Positions 1-15,774 of a DNA stretch of 64,000 nucleotides are shown here, piece by piece (positions within the stretch are counted from its first letter, which is position 1; each line of letters opens with the position of its first letter). Under the pieces are notes generated by a model, which saw only the letters and a program-made list of their open reading frames with translations, had not been told where the DNA came from and searched no databases. The DNA is taken from the NCBI GenBank assembly GCA_951406725.2, contig OX597814.1, forward strand, positions 173,414,001 through 173,478,000. The letters run 5' to 3'. The position numbers and the translations under genes were made by a program. The stretch comes from Octopus vulgaris (lineage: Eukaryota).

Positions 1-250
1 TCAATGAGGAGGCATGATCTTTGTCTGAAGTCTTTCAATATAATGCCTGGCCTATTTGCATCTGTGTTTCTGTCAGTTTCAATGGTGAAGTTCCAGAGGA
101 GTAAGATGTAATCATTTTGAAGCACTGGAGGTAGTTTGTGTTCCCACCAGTTTTTATCATGGAGCAGGTCCAGGATTTTGGAAATTACCCAGTGAATATA
201 TGCCTGTTGAGATACTCTGTAGGCGCAAGAAGACAGCATGATCCATGGTT
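1..250 (-). mobile_element. R4/Dong-like non-LTR retrotransposon fragment (restriction-like endonuclease region), degenerate
   Basis: Manual minus-strand translation gives ETMDH...LAPTEYLNRH / YIHWVISKILDL..KNWWEHKLPPVLQND..LLWNFTIETDRNTDANRPGIILKD..SCLLID, which matches the RH and NRPD..D motifs of RLE-type LINEs. It has frameshifts and continues off the window edge. Confidence 0.75.
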
Positions 251-270
251 TCCTTTTGTTGTTAACATAT

Positions 271-274
271 TATT

Positions 275-327
<53 letters not shown>

Positions 328-428
328 CTTCATCATCATCATCACCACCACCACCACCACCACCACCATCACCATCATCATCATCATCATTACTACTACT
401 ACTACTACTACTACTGTTGTTGTTGTTA
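271..428. repeat. compound trinucleotide microsatellite (CAT/CAC/TAC/TGT)
   Basis: Direct reading. Confidence 0.95.
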
Positions 429-2221
429 TCAATCTTGGTAGGGATTAAAATTCAGAATGTAGACTAGCACAGCTAAATACCGCCGTTTATTTCGTCTAAG
501 GCCGTAGCATTTCTACCGATCTATTGCCATAATACAGAGTGATTATATTCGTTATAGGCTGCACCATTTGTTCATTCATAATTTCGTAAGTGACCGATTG
601 GTTCACATTTTGATGAGGAGCTTCTAAATAGTCATCCCGTGACTAGCCGATTATTTATTGTCGGACAACTGTTACTGCATGAAGGAATGAACCAGCTATC
701 ATCCGACTCCGATCATTCGCCGCTTCCCTTTAGTCTTTCCCCGACTTATGGCATGAAAGAAGTGGTGTAATTGTGATGTATCGCCACGGTGGGGCACCGT
801 CGTTCGTTTTGTTACATTTTCATTAATCCTCCTTTTATAGTTGGCATTTTGTGAATGAACGAGTTTGATGTTCCATTTGTATTTCCTTCCCTGAAGCTGG
901 CCCAACCGGGTCTCTTGGCAGTAGGAGATCCAGTCCTATTTTAAAGACATCTATGTCCACCCCATGTGGATCCTTGAATTCTAAGTTATTACAGTGTCTG
1001 GTTCTGTAATTTCATGGCAAAAATGGGATTTTTTACTCTACGGTTTGGTACCTTGTTCTGGTGCAAGTCTTCAATGACGGGCAAAAGAGAACTCTTTGAT
1101 TAAACTGAAAAGTCATTGAATTATGAGACACCCTCTAAACAAGTTTAGATACTTTTTCTAGTTCGCGAAATGTTTTTATGGTCGGTGTGTGACATAAATT
1201 GTTCTGTTTTGTTAATTCTCGCGCAGTTTACTGTCGATTTTTTCCTCCACCACGGTTTCTAGAAGCTTAATACTTAGTAAATTGATATCGTCCACATTGA
1301 GAGGAATCTGCGGGAGAAAAATTTCCCCTGAGCGAAACTCATCAAAACATCGTTGACATCTCAGCACACTTGAAACTTCATTTCAATAAACAGAGTGAAA
1401 AATTTCTTGACGCTTCGTGCTGGAGAGCCTCTTTTGAATTTATACAGCGTGTAGTGTGTCTGATATGAGCCTGATCTAAACTCATTTTAAAAGTGTGAAA
1501 TAGATTCGAATTTAACCACTATATTATAACGTATTCTACAAAAAAAAAAAGAGAGAGAGAGAGAGAAAGCTGTAAAAACGCTATAAAAATTAATGCTTAT
1601 TTTACTGCAAGTAGTAAAAAACTATCTTCAAAGTGATCATGCCAAAAATGCGACAGGAGTTGTTTTCCGACCTAATATACGAAGAGTGAGAGTGGGGAGG
1701 AGAAAGAGATAATGGTTAGCAACGAAATGTACATCTGGCTTTCATTAGAACACAACAGTTTCAGCATAAACCAAGTAAAACAGAAATAATAACAAATGAA
1801 ACAAAGTAAAATGCGAGATTTGCCTCTTCAAGGAGTTTCATTCTTTTTCGCGTGTTACGCAGTCTTTTTTCTATCTTCACTTCTAGATTATAGACATCCC
1901 GCGTTAGTATATTCTTTTTTTCTGTCGAAACAAAACTAATATTGAGCACGTAATCAGAAGCAAATTGGTATTGTTCTAAAGGGAAGAGTAGAAAATTGTT
2001 TATCTTAAAAGGAATGTAATTAAGCGAAGTACGCACATATATACACACACATATATATACATGCATGTATATATATATATATATATGAATATAAATAGAA
2101 AGATAGATACATATATATATATATATACATACATAATATGTATTCATATATACATATTTATACACAGATATATTTCACATATATATAGGCATATATATAC
2201 TTATATACATATTTATATATA

Positions 2222-2866
2222 CGTGGTCTGATCAATAAGTATCCGGACTGTTGCCATAATAACGAAGCTAAAGCATGCAGAATGAAGCCGCTTGTCACAG
2301 ATTGATCGTGAACTCTGCTCTGCATGTGAACTGAGTTTTAAACCTCTAGCTCATTTCCGCTGTTTACAGCAGTACTTGGAAGGAAGGTATGTAGCGTGTG
2401 ATCGTCGCATTGACCATGACAGAGACAGTTGAGCAGAAAATCTGCACCAAATTTAACCAAAAGTTCGGTGATACCTGCTCAGAGGCCTACGCAAAGTTTT
2501 CAAAATGTTTTCATCGTTCTGGACACAATCAAGATCTTGTGCAACTGAAAGCCGAGTGTCCATTTGGTCAACTTAAAGCAGTTTTGGTACAAACTTGACA
2601 GACACGCGACTCATAACCAAATCTTCAGCGATAATGGACTGAACTGAACCGTAACTTATCTGCACATCCTCTGATAATTTACGGTGGTAATTCGACAATT
2701 TCCCCTCACAGCTGCATGCACTTCAGCGATGTTTTTCTCAGTTCTGCTGGTTGGAGGTCTTCCAGGATGTCCGTCAATATTGACATTTTTACCGCCATCT
2801 TGGGAACGTCTGAACCACTCGTACACTTGTGTACGTTTCATACTTTCCTCTCCTTACACTTTCTGC
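2222..2866. mobile_element. mariner (Tc1/mariner) relic: left TIR plus N-terminal transposase with an internal inversion
   Basis: TA|CGTGGTCTGATCAATAAGTATCCGGAC TIR-like end. Plus strand gives MTETVEQKICTKF..GDTCSEAYAK. Minus strand gives QKV*GEESMKRTQVYEWFRR..GRP.TS..RIT...ISYGSVQSII.EDL.MSRVSVKFVPKLL (HTH domains and the WVPHEL-like linker). Confidence 0.85.
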
Positions 2867-3300
2867 CATGATAAGAGGAGGTAGCAATGAAGAGTAGAAG
2901 GTGGGTAGGAGTAAAGAGAGGAAGTGGGTGTTAGAGGAAGTGAGGAAGTTGGTGTCAGATGAAGAGAGGAGGAGATGTGAGCCCATGTGGCGCAAAGGAG
3001 CGAAGATAGATTAAATCTGTGCAAAGATAATCCGAACACAGACAGGTGTTGTAGTGAATGACCGATAGAGCGGAAATGGCGTGAGACAGGGTGTCATTGC
3101 TGAGTCTGACGTCTCGGAGGTGCTTCGCGAACTGGTCAGCTAAGCGGCGTCTCTGTTTGACCGATGTACAGAGAAGGACAGAAAGAGCAGGAGATTCAGT
3201 AAATGACGTTGCGAGAAGTGCAAGTAAAGGAGTCGGTGACATGATAGGACGATGATGGGTGCCTGTGAGGACGGTGGTGTTGGAAAAGTAGAGGGAAAGT
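2867..3300 (-). mobile_element. Penelope-like element fragment (GIY-YIG endonuclease C-terminus), degenerate
   Basis: Frameshifted YIGQT.RRLADQFAKHLRDVRLSNDT..SFAPHGLTSPP, homologous to 19695-19935. Confidence 0.8.
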
Positions 3301-4176
3301 GCGTCGAATATGTATATACATCTACATGTATATACAAATATACGTATATATATATGTGTGTGTTTATATATATATATATACATATGAGGGTGAGTGTGCG
3401 TGAGTGTGCTTGTACGTGCGTGTGTGTGTGTATGTATTATATACCTATGTAAAATTGCTATCCCTGTGCCATCAGCATCTACAAGAACAAAAGCAGATCA
3501 GCATCTTACAGGGCAACGAATGAGCTTCCTATGCTTCTTCAACATACACCCCGTGGTGCTATAAAGGTGGAAGGAGACTTTCGATAATAGGGCCTCATAA
3601 GACTGAGCGGAAAAATCTAACTTATAATAACCGGATGATCATGCCTTTCATCATAAATGTGCTCGCCCTTTTTTTCTTTTTTTTGTTGGAATTTCATCGC
3701 ATTTTGTTACATTTTTGCTGAGAAAAGAAAATGAGATGTAAAAAAAATTACTTAAAAATAGGCATCTCCCCAGGGTCTTCAACACAGTATAAACAGATAT
3801 GACGGGGTCTTAGAATTTGTTAGTTGTTGAAACGGTTACGTAAATTTATATATAACAACTTCTGTTCAGTATACGAAGAGGCTAAACAAATGGCTACTTT
3901 CAGTTCAACACTGGCTGAAGAATTGAATTATCGGCGAAACATCTATATATCTATCGAAGTAACTTGTGGTAAATATTCCATATTTCCTCTGTGTGATATA
4001 ATGCAGATCCATTCTTTCCGTTTATTTAATTCGCTGGAATAAAGCTGTGCACCTATTGGTAGAGACGTTGTGCTCTTTTAGTGATTAACTATCACGCTTA
4101 GCTTAACTAACATTATACTGTCCAGCTTCAGGTGCGTTTGTCTTCTATATCTAGATCTGCTCATCTATCTATCAAT

Positions 4177-4279
<103 letters not shown>

Positions 4280-4388
4280 TGTGTATGAGTATATATATAT
4301 ATATACACACACACATATATACTCGTATATACGTATACATACATATATATATATATACATAGATATATATACATATGTACACATATAA

Positions 4389-4434
<46 letters not shown>

Positions 4435-4902
4435 GTGTAAAGTATAAGTATTTTATATTTACATTTATTTATATATATATACAGACACACAAGCTTATAA
4501 ATACATATATTAAATACATTAAATACTTTACATTCACACACGCACATATATATATGCATGTGTGTCTGTGTGATTTTTGTCTCTGTGTGTCCGTGTGTGC
4601 ACATGCATCAATGGACTTTCTTTAGATTGCAATCAGAGCAAGTGGCTTTTGAGAGAATATAACTTATGAGACAGTTTTAAAGTTGATGAATTAATAACAT
4701 GAAACATTACTCTTAGAACGAATCTAAGAGAGGACAGAGCAAGGCCATAGATTTAGGAGAGGTTAGAGGGAATCATGGGAGTTCAGAGATAATATCTATA
4801 TGTATGTGACTATGAGAATTTAATGTAATGTGTGTATGTGAGTGCGTTTGTGTGAATGTGTGTGTGTGTGTATGTGTGTGTGTGTGTGACTTCTGTTAAC
4901 AT

Positions 4903-5296
4903 GCTCTTTTACTCTTTTACTTGTTTCAGTCATTTGACTGCGGCCATGCTGGAGCACCGCCTTTAGTCGAGCAAATCGACTCCCGGGATTTATTCTTTGG
5001 AAGCCTAGTACTTATTCTATCGGTTTCTTTTGCCGAAGCGCTAAGTTACGGGGGCGTAAACACACCACAATCGGTTGTCAAGCGATGTTGGGGGTACAAA
5101 CACAGACACACAAACATATACATACACATACATATACATATATATACATATATACGACGGGCTTCTTTCAGTTTCCGTCTACCAAATCCAATCACAAAGC
5201 TTTGGTCGGCCCGAGACTATAGTAGAAGACACTTGCCCAAGGTGCCACGCAATGGGAATGAACCCGAAACCATGTGGTTGGTAAGCAAGCTACTTA
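4903..5296 (-). mobile_element. tRNA-derived SINE family A copy
   Basis: Reverse complement of the copies at 23714 and 27777, with the internal (TA/TG)n and the 3' GGCGGTGCTCCAGCATGGCCGCAGTCAAATGACTGAAAC tail. Confidence 0.9.
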
Positions 5297-5799
5297 TTCT
5301 ACTTCTGCGCATATAAATAATTTTGACATTTCTGATATTTGTGTACATATTTGTGTACGTGTTTGTGGCTGTGCATATACACACAGATATATACAGGTTT
5401 ATGTATATTTTAACTCCCAGTTATAAAGAGCATTCTATATCACTCATCCCTTTGTTGACAAAGTTACAAATATTGGAATAGTCCAAGATAAAACGCCAAA
5501 GACTTTCTTTTAAAATGTCTGAAAATAGAATGTTATAAAATACAAATTGTTAAGTAACAGATAATTTAGCTGAAATTACTGGCTTTGGGCCTCGGCACAT
5601 GGCCACATATTTAGGGAATGGTGAAGCAATGTCTATAACATCGTCCCAGTACACCACGGGTACATATTTTATAAAGCCCGATGGGATAAATGACAAGCGC
5701 GTTGGCATTCCAATACAGATCTTCGAACGATGCAACAAAAGGCAAATCATTTTCCCGATGCTCTACTGATTCTGCCAGTCCACTGACCTACTACTACTA

Positions 5800-6120
5800 C
5801 AACGACAACATCAAAAGATCAATAGTTTCTAACTCAGGCACAAAGTCAGAAATTTTCGGGCTTGACGGCTACCTTATTTTATCGACCATAGATGGATGAA
5901 ATATCAAGATCTTGGCAACTTTTGAACTCAGATTCTAAAATGCCAAAATAAATACAGCAAGGCATTTTATCTGACACTCGCATATTCCCTTCAAACCTCC
6001 TTTCTAAATAAGGTGCAAGGCCAGAAATTTCTTGGGAGATGACAGTTTAGCATCAACCCTAGTATTTCTCTGGTACTTTCTTTTATCGACTCAATTGGAA
6101 TGAATGTCAAAGACGACCCG
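5800..6120 (-). mobile_element. two degenerate SINE family C copies
   Basis: TTATTTTATCGAC and TTTGAACTCAG motifs shared with 56659 and 63502. Confidence 0.55.
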
Positions 6121-6145
6121 AGTCAGAGTTGCAAAGCTACTAACA

Positions 6146-6458
6146 CTCCATTGGATACGGCGACGCGGGATCTAGCTGATTCGATCAACAGAACAGCTTG
6201 CTCGTAAAATTAACGTGCAAGTAGCTGAGCACTCCGCAAACATGAGTACCCTTAACATAGTTCTCAGGAAGATACAACATGTCACAATGTGACTGAGTTG
6301 GCCCTTTGAAATACAGGTACTACTCATTTTTGCCAGCTGGAGTGGACCGTAGCAACGTAAAATAAAGTGCCTTGGCCCAAGACAACGCACCGTCGGCAAT
6401 CGAATTCATGGCCTTTCGATTGGGATACGAATACCCTAACCGCTTGGCTACACGCCTT
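6146..6458 (-). mobile_element. tRNA-derived SINE family B copy
   Basis: Homologous to 26797-27118 (tRNA-like head, CACTTTATTTTACGTTGCT..CAGCTGGCAAAAATGAGTA core, GAGCAAGCTGTTC.GTTGATCG tail). Confidence 0.75.
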
Positions 6459-6758
6459 GTAATTGGGGATTCAAGAAAAGGATCGCCAAAATCAAAATGC
6501 ACCTTAAATACCAGTAAATATGCTATATTAAAATGTATGTATAAACATTAATATACACTATCTCACATTTTAGAGAATGATCTTGCATCGTTTAGGTTAC
6601 TTGCTTTGCGCTTTACAGTCCTTATTCGACTTTTGATCTACAAATGTTTATCATAACCCAGAAAAGTAATTAGGGTAACACAGACTCGTGCTTTTCGTTT
6701 AGCAAAGTCGTTGCGTTTTGTCATTTTCTTAAACAATAACTCCTAAGTATATGTTTAT

Positions 6759-6843
<85 letters not shown>

Positions 6844-7070
6844 CACACACATATATATGTATAAATATGTGTATGTGTTTGTATGTGTGTGTGTGTATGC
6901 GTGGATGTTTACATGTACACGAGCAAATGCATATTTGCATATCCATAAACATGGAGATATCTGGTGCACCCATGTACGCAGTTGTATATTTGTGTGTAAG
7001 TGTATGTATGCATGTATAAATTCGCATACACACATATATATATATGCATACATTTATAAATACATATGTG

Positions 7071-7155
<85 letters not shown>

Positions 7156-7815
7156 GTATGTATTTATGTATATATACATATATATAGATTACTCGCACGT
7201 ATATCGCTGTAGATATTTGTATGCTTGTATGTGAGTATATGTGGAGTGTACAAGACATATACAACTAAAAGATAACATGCAGGCATAGAGACATCAAAAG
7301 ACAGATATATTCTGGTCTTATGCAAGCTGTTTATCGAAACAGAGTTATGACGAAAATTTGCCAAGATGTATTGTACTGGCCAAATATATTGTTTGTTTTG
7401 ACAGAGGTAAAATAACATGTATATATATACATATATATATAATATATATATGTATATATATATATAAAATAATAATAAAATAAATTAAAAGCCTCCTTGT
7501 TTTTTATTGCGACTTATAGTCACTTAGGGCATCTTGTCGACACATAAAATGTCTTCTTATTCTATTCTGAAAGTGGGAGAGGGAAGAAAAATAAAAACTG
7601 TAAAGGAAACAAAAATATAAAGAAATAAATCTAACCAAAAACAATACATTCAATACGTACATGTATGTGTGTACACATACATACATACATAAATACATAC
7701 ATATATAGATATATATATATATATATATAATACATACATATATATATGTATATTTATGCATAAGTATATGTACTTGTGTATATATATATAAATGTATATA
7801 TATATATAGATATAC

Positions 7816-7878
<63 letters not shown>

Positions 7879-8359
7879 TTTAATCTGATGGAGATTGAAC
7901 GATCGACGCTCGGAATGACAACGAAGGTTATAAATCACGTTATAAACATCTCTGTGAGCTGAGTGACAGGCTTGAGTGGTAGAAGTTGGGAAAAAAATAT
8001 ACATGAAATTACATGGTATAAAAACATTACAAAAACATGCAAAAAAATGCCAAAAGAAAAAGATCTGATGCTTGAAAGATGTGCTTAAGCAGATCGAATT
8101 CACAGCGACGGGAGAGAATTGAATACCAAGCTTACATGAAATAAAATATAAATTAAAATAAATAAATAAATAAATAAATAAATAGATAGATAAATAAATG
8201 GCGGAATGGAGGAATGAAGGAAGGAAGGAGGAAATAACGGAATGAATAAATGAATGAAGGAAGGAATGAAGGAGTGAAGGAATGAAAATATCTGGTGGAG
8301 AAAAGAATAAACGCTGCTGATAACAGTTTTTTTGTGCACCTAAGTAAATACAATTACAA

Positions 8360-8362
8360 GGA

Positions 8363-8430
<68 letters not shown>

Positions 8431-8500
8431 AGGAAAGAAAGAACGAACGAAAGAAAGAAAGAAAGAAATAAAGAAATAAAGAAAGAAAGAAAGAAAGGGA
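8360..8500. repeat. (GAAA)n microsatellite
   Basis: Direct reading. Confidence 0.95.
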
Positions 8501-8592
8501 AAGAAAAAACAATATAGCAGCACTGATATATGCTGAAGAAAAAACTTTAGAATAAAGAACAAAAAAATGGCTTCTCTGTATATATATGTGCT

Positions 8593-8636
<44 letters not shown>

Positions 8637-9269
8637 TTCATATATGTATATATATATATCAATGTGTGTGTATGTAAGTGTGTATACATATATGTATGTG
8701 TTCGTGCATGTGTGTATGTATGAATATACGAATATATGTGGGTACATACGTATACACATACACACACACACACTTACACACACACACACACACAGACACA
8801 CACACACACACACACATGGCCATGTAAGTATTGCATGCCTTCTATGGTGAAATATTGATATATAAAGGTAATGGCGAAAGAACTGCAACGACATTTTAGC
8901 ACTTACCCAGTTTTTTTTTTATTATTTAAACTGCACTTTTTGCCATCACTCCTCCTTTCCTTCATCTTTTCTGACTTCTTATTTCCCCATGGTATTTTCT
9001 CTGACTATTTGCCATTCTAGTTCTCCCTTATATTCTTCCCTATATTCTTCGACTTCAACTTTCTCTCTCTGTCTCTCTCTCTCTTTATACATATATATAT
9101 ATATCTGTCTATCTATCTATTTATCTATCTTTGTATCAATCTGTCTTTCGATCTATCTAACTGAAATAATCTATCCATTTACTTGCCCATCTATTTATCT
9201 TTGTCACTTAGTCTATCTAGCTATCTATCTATGTATCCATCTATCTATATATATATGTATATATATTCT

Positions 9270-9337
9270 TTTATTTTATTTATTTTTTATTTTATCTAGT
9301 TTCAGCTCACGAGCTGTGGCCATGCTGGGGCACCGCC

Positions 9338-9340
<3 letters not shown>
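9270..9340 (-). mobile_element. isolated 3' tail of the CR1-group LINE
   Basis: Reverse complement ATGGCGGTGCCCCAGCATGGCCACAGCTCGTGAGCTGAAACTAGA followed by an A-rich tail, nearly identical to 19101-19145. Confidence 0.85.
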
Positions 9341-9416
<76 letters not shown>

Positions 9417-9954
9417 CATACACATATTTGTCTATTAATATTTTTATTTATTCATTTATGCTTCCGACTGTCGAGAGGCTTGCACCCTGTTTTCGATTTT
9501 CTTCTTAACTTGAAAGTATTTGCCCTTAAATATATTTTTCTGTGTCTATAAAGGGTTTTTATCATATTTATACTTCCCTTCGAATAAAACTTGACTCGCA
9601 TAAAAGCATACACACGGATAAGTCCGTACGCATACATGGCTATGCATACATGTATGTCTACTTGTATGTGTGTGTGCCTGTGTATCTATGTGTGTATGTG
9701 TCTGTCTGTGTGTCTGTGTGTGTGTGCATCCGTTAAAAAAGGTTTATGCAAAAAACACCGATTTTACATACCCTCCCAAACGTAAAAGAGTATGTACATA
9801 CACACACACGCACGCACGCACGCGCACACAGACATACAGACACACACACACACATATGTATATGATAAATGCATATATATATTTAAATATATATATATAT
9901 ATATACATATATATATACGTACAAACATACGTATATATATTTATAAAATGTTTG

Positions 9955-9985
<31 letters not shown>

Positions 9986-10626
9986 ATACATATGTATACA
10001 TATATATACATATATATTCATATATATATATATATATATACGTACATATACATATATATGCATATGCACATATACTTATACATATATATATATACATACA
10101 CATATATACATATATACATAGACATATATACATATAGATATATATATATATACATATACTTACATTTATATACATATATAGAAAAATATATATACATATA
10201 TATATATGCATATATATATACATACATATATATATATCATCCTTTTTTTATACGTATGTGAGGATATTTTCTTGTATATGTATGTGCATATATATAAATA
10301 TATATAAATATAAAAATATGCATACGTAATTATATTTTTCTTGTTTACAAACTAGCATTTTTATACACATAAGCTCACTTTATTACCTTTTAAAATCTTT
10401 TCCTTTCCTACTTTGCTTTCTTGAAAATCACTCAGTTGGACCTGAATGCGTCAAAGTCTTAAGCAAGTAACACTTAACATTCAAAATGTTTTCAGAACAA
10501 ATACAATATTCTAGAAAGAGGCTACCTTACCATTATAAATGAATATTGTATGTGTGTGTGCGTATATCTGTGTGCGTACGTGTGTGTGTGTGCTTGTATG
10601 TGTGTATATATATATATGTATATATG

Positions 10627-10669
<43 letters not shown>

Positions 10670-10974
10670 ATATATATATATTCAAATATATATATATATA
10701 CATATATATTCATATATATATGCTTATGCATATATATATACATATAGCTATATATGTATGTATGTACGTATGTATGTATGCATGCATGTATGTATGTCTG
10801 TTTATACATATATATATGGCGCTGAAAGATTGTTTTCATGTTAGATTTCCGTTTTAAAAACATTTCTCCGAATTTGTTTTCTTTTTCCTAACATCTAACA
10901 AATAACCGGCTCAAAAAATTTTCGCAAGCAATAAGTTAGCATGTATTCCATGATGAAAGAATGTAAGAATTAAA

Positions 10975-11064
<90 letters not shown>

Positions 11065-11072
11065 TGATGATG

Positions 11073-11109
<37 letters not shown>

Positions 11110-11159
11110 TAATAATAATAATAATATCAACAACAACGACAACAGTAAGAAGAAGAATG

Positions 11160-11220
<61 letters not shown>
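10975..11220. repeat. (TAA)n microsatellite array
   Basis: Direct reading. Confidence 0.95.
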
Positions 11221-11603
11221 TGTTGAAGATAAATACAAAGAGGAAAAGGAGTGTTGGAAGAATTATATAAGATACAAAAGCATTGATTGCAAGTAAAGGC
11301 GCAAAGTATGTCTTAAATACTGCCGACAAAATTCAGAGAATATAAAGTTTTACTGATAATACTTTCAGACATGAGATATTAAGTTGTTCCAATACTCGGT
11401 CAGAAAGATCAATATGTCGTCTGCTTCGTACTGATTATGTACATACACACGTGACACATATGGAAGCACACACACGCATTAATAAATTGAAACATATGTA
11501 TACGTATGTATATAAATGCATATCGTGTCATATATATATATTCATACACACACATGTATATATATATTTATATTACACACACACATAAATATATACAGAT
11601 ATA

Positions 11604-11664
<61 letters not shown>

Positions 11665-11960
11665 AGTGAGACGGGAGAAGATACAATCAGAGACTAAATG
11701 CGTATATACATATAGCTAATTCGTATGAATTTATACGAACATATATACATGTATGTATGAGCCTTTATGTATAAAAGATACTCATGTAAATTTATATGTA
11801 GATAGATAGACAGATAGATAGAGAGAGAGAGAGATAAATAGATAGATAGAGAAGAGAAGGAAGGAGGTAGTAGAAAAAGAAAATCAGAAAGATATATATA
11901 CATACACAAATCTATATAAAGCTATATGTGTTATGCATGCACACACACTCATATGTGTGA

Positions 11961-12016
<56 letters not shown>

Positions 12017-12119
12017 TCATACATATACATATGCATATATATACATATATATGTGTGTGAGTATATTATATATATATATATATATATACATGTGTGTGGG
12101 CGTATATATATAAGTATAC

Positions 12120-12150
<31 letters not shown>

Positions 12151-12689
12151 TATATATACATACGTACATACATACATACATACATACATACACACATACA
12201 TACATACATATTCTACACAATAGCTGGTCGGCCATATATCCCCATAGACGAATTCTCAAACATTGCAAACAGTGATAGTATGCTGTGAATACAACAGCTA
12301 TCGGTGAAAATAAATATAGAATTCAGAAGCCTAAATAATAGACTTGGTTTGCAGCAACTCTGACCTTTTATCAGGCTAAGGTTATAGAATGTTACCGTGA
12401 TATGAATAATGAATAGCTTTATAAACGTCTGTAACGAGGAATCGGTGAGAATTCAGTTTATACCAACACACGTACATGTTGTACGGCTATAGGTAATGAT
12501 AATTAATCATAGTGATAAACCTTACTGTTTAAGGAACAGCCCATACACATACACCATATATATATATGCATGTATATGTGCGTATATATGCATACATTTA
12601 TTCACATATATATGTATATGCATATACATTTATGCAAACACAAACACATATCTATAGATACACACACACACACACACATATATATATAC

Positions 12690-12799
<110 letters not shown>

Positions 12800-14754
12800 C
12801 ATGTATACGCAAGACACGCACAACAGTTGATTCTCTGCATTGTTACTCGGAGTTTCACATAAACATGAATTACGCGAGTGATCAATCGAATAATCTTGTG
12901 AATGGAAGCAATTGAGGTTATTTCCACTGAGCACTTGTAAAAGCTCTGACTATTTATATTGATCAAAGCAGGTCATGTAGTCGAAACTGCCGCAGACAGT
13001 TGCACGGCTGAAATCCGTGCTAATACCGGATAGCAGTCGACCACCATAATCTGGAAAAACCGAATCTGAGATTTGTTGTACTTCATACTTCTTCCACGCG
13101 GACTATTACTCCCTCGTACCTATAAATACTCGCCTTACCTGGGATAGCTCCACCTCCTTGTCTTTCGCCAATGAATTGGTCTTTATGCTATTTTTGCGAT
13201 TAGCACGTCAGTTGTAATACCTTTCCTCATGTGCTTACTACCTATCCTGCTAGATTTCTATTGCTACACTTGGCTAAACCTAATCAATTCTACTCAAGAG
13301 AACGACTACCGATAGTTGGAACTCACCAACAGCAAATCTATCCTAATCTATCTGGACTCTCTAAAGTTTTTCCTCCGAGGACGATCCACTCAGATTCTAG
13401 TATCCAGCTCCTCAGCCCTGTGCCTATCTACGTCCAGTATGCAGATTATAAAATTGTAATGTCAAACTATATCAAATTATTATAATATATACCATCGTAA
13501 CCCACTGGCTTTACAAAAACACTCTCTGGATATTATCTGGATAGCTTGGTGCGGACTTTTTTGTTCACATTGGTACACGAAGGAAATCCATCTGGTACCT
13601 ATCATACAATCGGAATTTTATGAGAGGGTTGTGAGGCTTTCCATCCTTTTCCTATCAGCTGCTCCCATTCAGAATATACGTCGAAGATGCCGTTCAAGTC
13701 GCACACTATCACTGAGAGGTATAGTTGAGGGATATGTGTTTGATGTCGTGACGATAAAGACTTTCGCAAATTGTTCTTATTCTTGTTGTAGCTGTTTAAT
13801 TTTTTTATTATGTTTTTGTCTTAGTTGTGATCGTGGTCTTCCTCTTGCTGTTTCCGTTCCGGTTGTAGCATTTTTTGTGGTTGTGGTTGCAGTGTTTCTC
13901 GTAGTTGTAATTGACTCCACCCAAATATATTCTGTTTTTATGAATGTGTACATCAAACGAGTCCTTTCCTTTCTCAAGATGCTTAAAAGTTGTTTGAGGA
14001 AGATTTGACTGCTATTTCATGCAGGGCAAGCAACCACATTAAAGCATAAAGGCACTTTCCTTGAGTTGTTCAAGTTGATGTTATTGTAGGTGCCTGTGGG
14101 TTCCCTGTCATCTCCTGCGATTTTCGTACGCCAACTTCTAAGTCTACGAGTTTGGATCGACGTGTTTGGTCTTCCCTAGCATGAATTCTGCCTATATCCT
14201 CACTGACTCTCCACCCTCGTCAGAGAGATGATCAGAGACACATCCGTGATAATGCTTGTGTAGTTTATAAAGAACAAACATTCCTCTTTAATCTCTAGGC
14301 TATGGATTTGGTGTTAGTTGCAGCTGTTTTGGATTGAAATCATGGTGACTCTTTTGTTTTATTTTGTATAAAATGTATCAAGTGGGCCTTCATCACCGTA
14401 CCTCGTTAAACAGTTATTATATAGTCGATACTTCCCCCATGTTTTTTGTGTTTTCCGCATTTGTATTTCAATGCCTCCGACTAGCTTTTCAGACAGAGCC
14501 TCTTTATTTTCAGGATCTCCTATTCTCCTTTTGCTACCAATACTTCTGACAGCTATCAGATTTCTGATGACAAATCCCTCACCGTTACCGTTACTTACTC
14601 GTTCACGTAAGTGCGAACGAGGGCTAAATCCTCACTCCTACAACGACAGTGGAGTACCACCTCACCCTTGATTCCGAGAAAGCCCTCAACTTCACCATTT
14701 TGTATCGCTTAGCATAAGAGAGGGAATCTATTTTTTTCACTATACTCTTTAAGC

Positions 14755-15400
<646 letters not shown>

Positions 15401-15404
<4 letters not shown>

Positions 15405-15762
15405 GAACACCAAGACAGATACAGAGCACCGGTGGCTATGTTCAGACCACGTCTTTGCTCTTGTAGGCCGTGATTCCCACAGAGCTCCCAATGGATCATT
15501 CTTGTCACACTGTCATGGCGTCGTTTGTATTAGCGTTGTGCAAATTTCTGGTATTCACTAACGATATGCCATACAGTTTCACCCCTCTCATCACACATTC
15601 TGCATTTGTCGCTATCGGTAGTGTTGTCAATTCTGCACTTCATATAATTAGTCCTTAACGCTTGTTCCCGAGCTGCGCATATGAGTGCTTCTGTCTCTAT
15701 CTTCAGGTCGCTCCTGTTCATCCATAGCCACCAGTGCTCTGTATCTGTCTTGGTGTTCTATT
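15401..15762 (-). mobile_element. R4/Dong-like non-LTR fragment (CCHC zinc-knuckle region) bounded by 40-bp inverted repeats
   Basis: WWLWMNRSDLKIETEALICAAREQALRTNY..CRMCDERGETVWHIVSE...RHDSVTRMIHWELC; flanked by TAA repeats on both sides. Confidence 0.85.
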
Positions 15763-15774
15763 ATTATTATTATT

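Noticed and set aside
4921-5316. Recurrent short ORFs (YDGLLSVSVYQIHSQ..., MFQSFDCGHAGAPP...) suggesting a gene family
   Set aside because: They are translations of the non-coding SINE family A
12325-12385. Minus-strand CTGATAA...CAAAC..GTC hammerhead-like remnant
   Set aside because: Two core mismatches without compensation and poor helices
13631-14008. 125-aa ORF with a hydrophobic stretch
   Set aside because: Low-complexity GT-rich origin, non-ATG start and no recognisable motif
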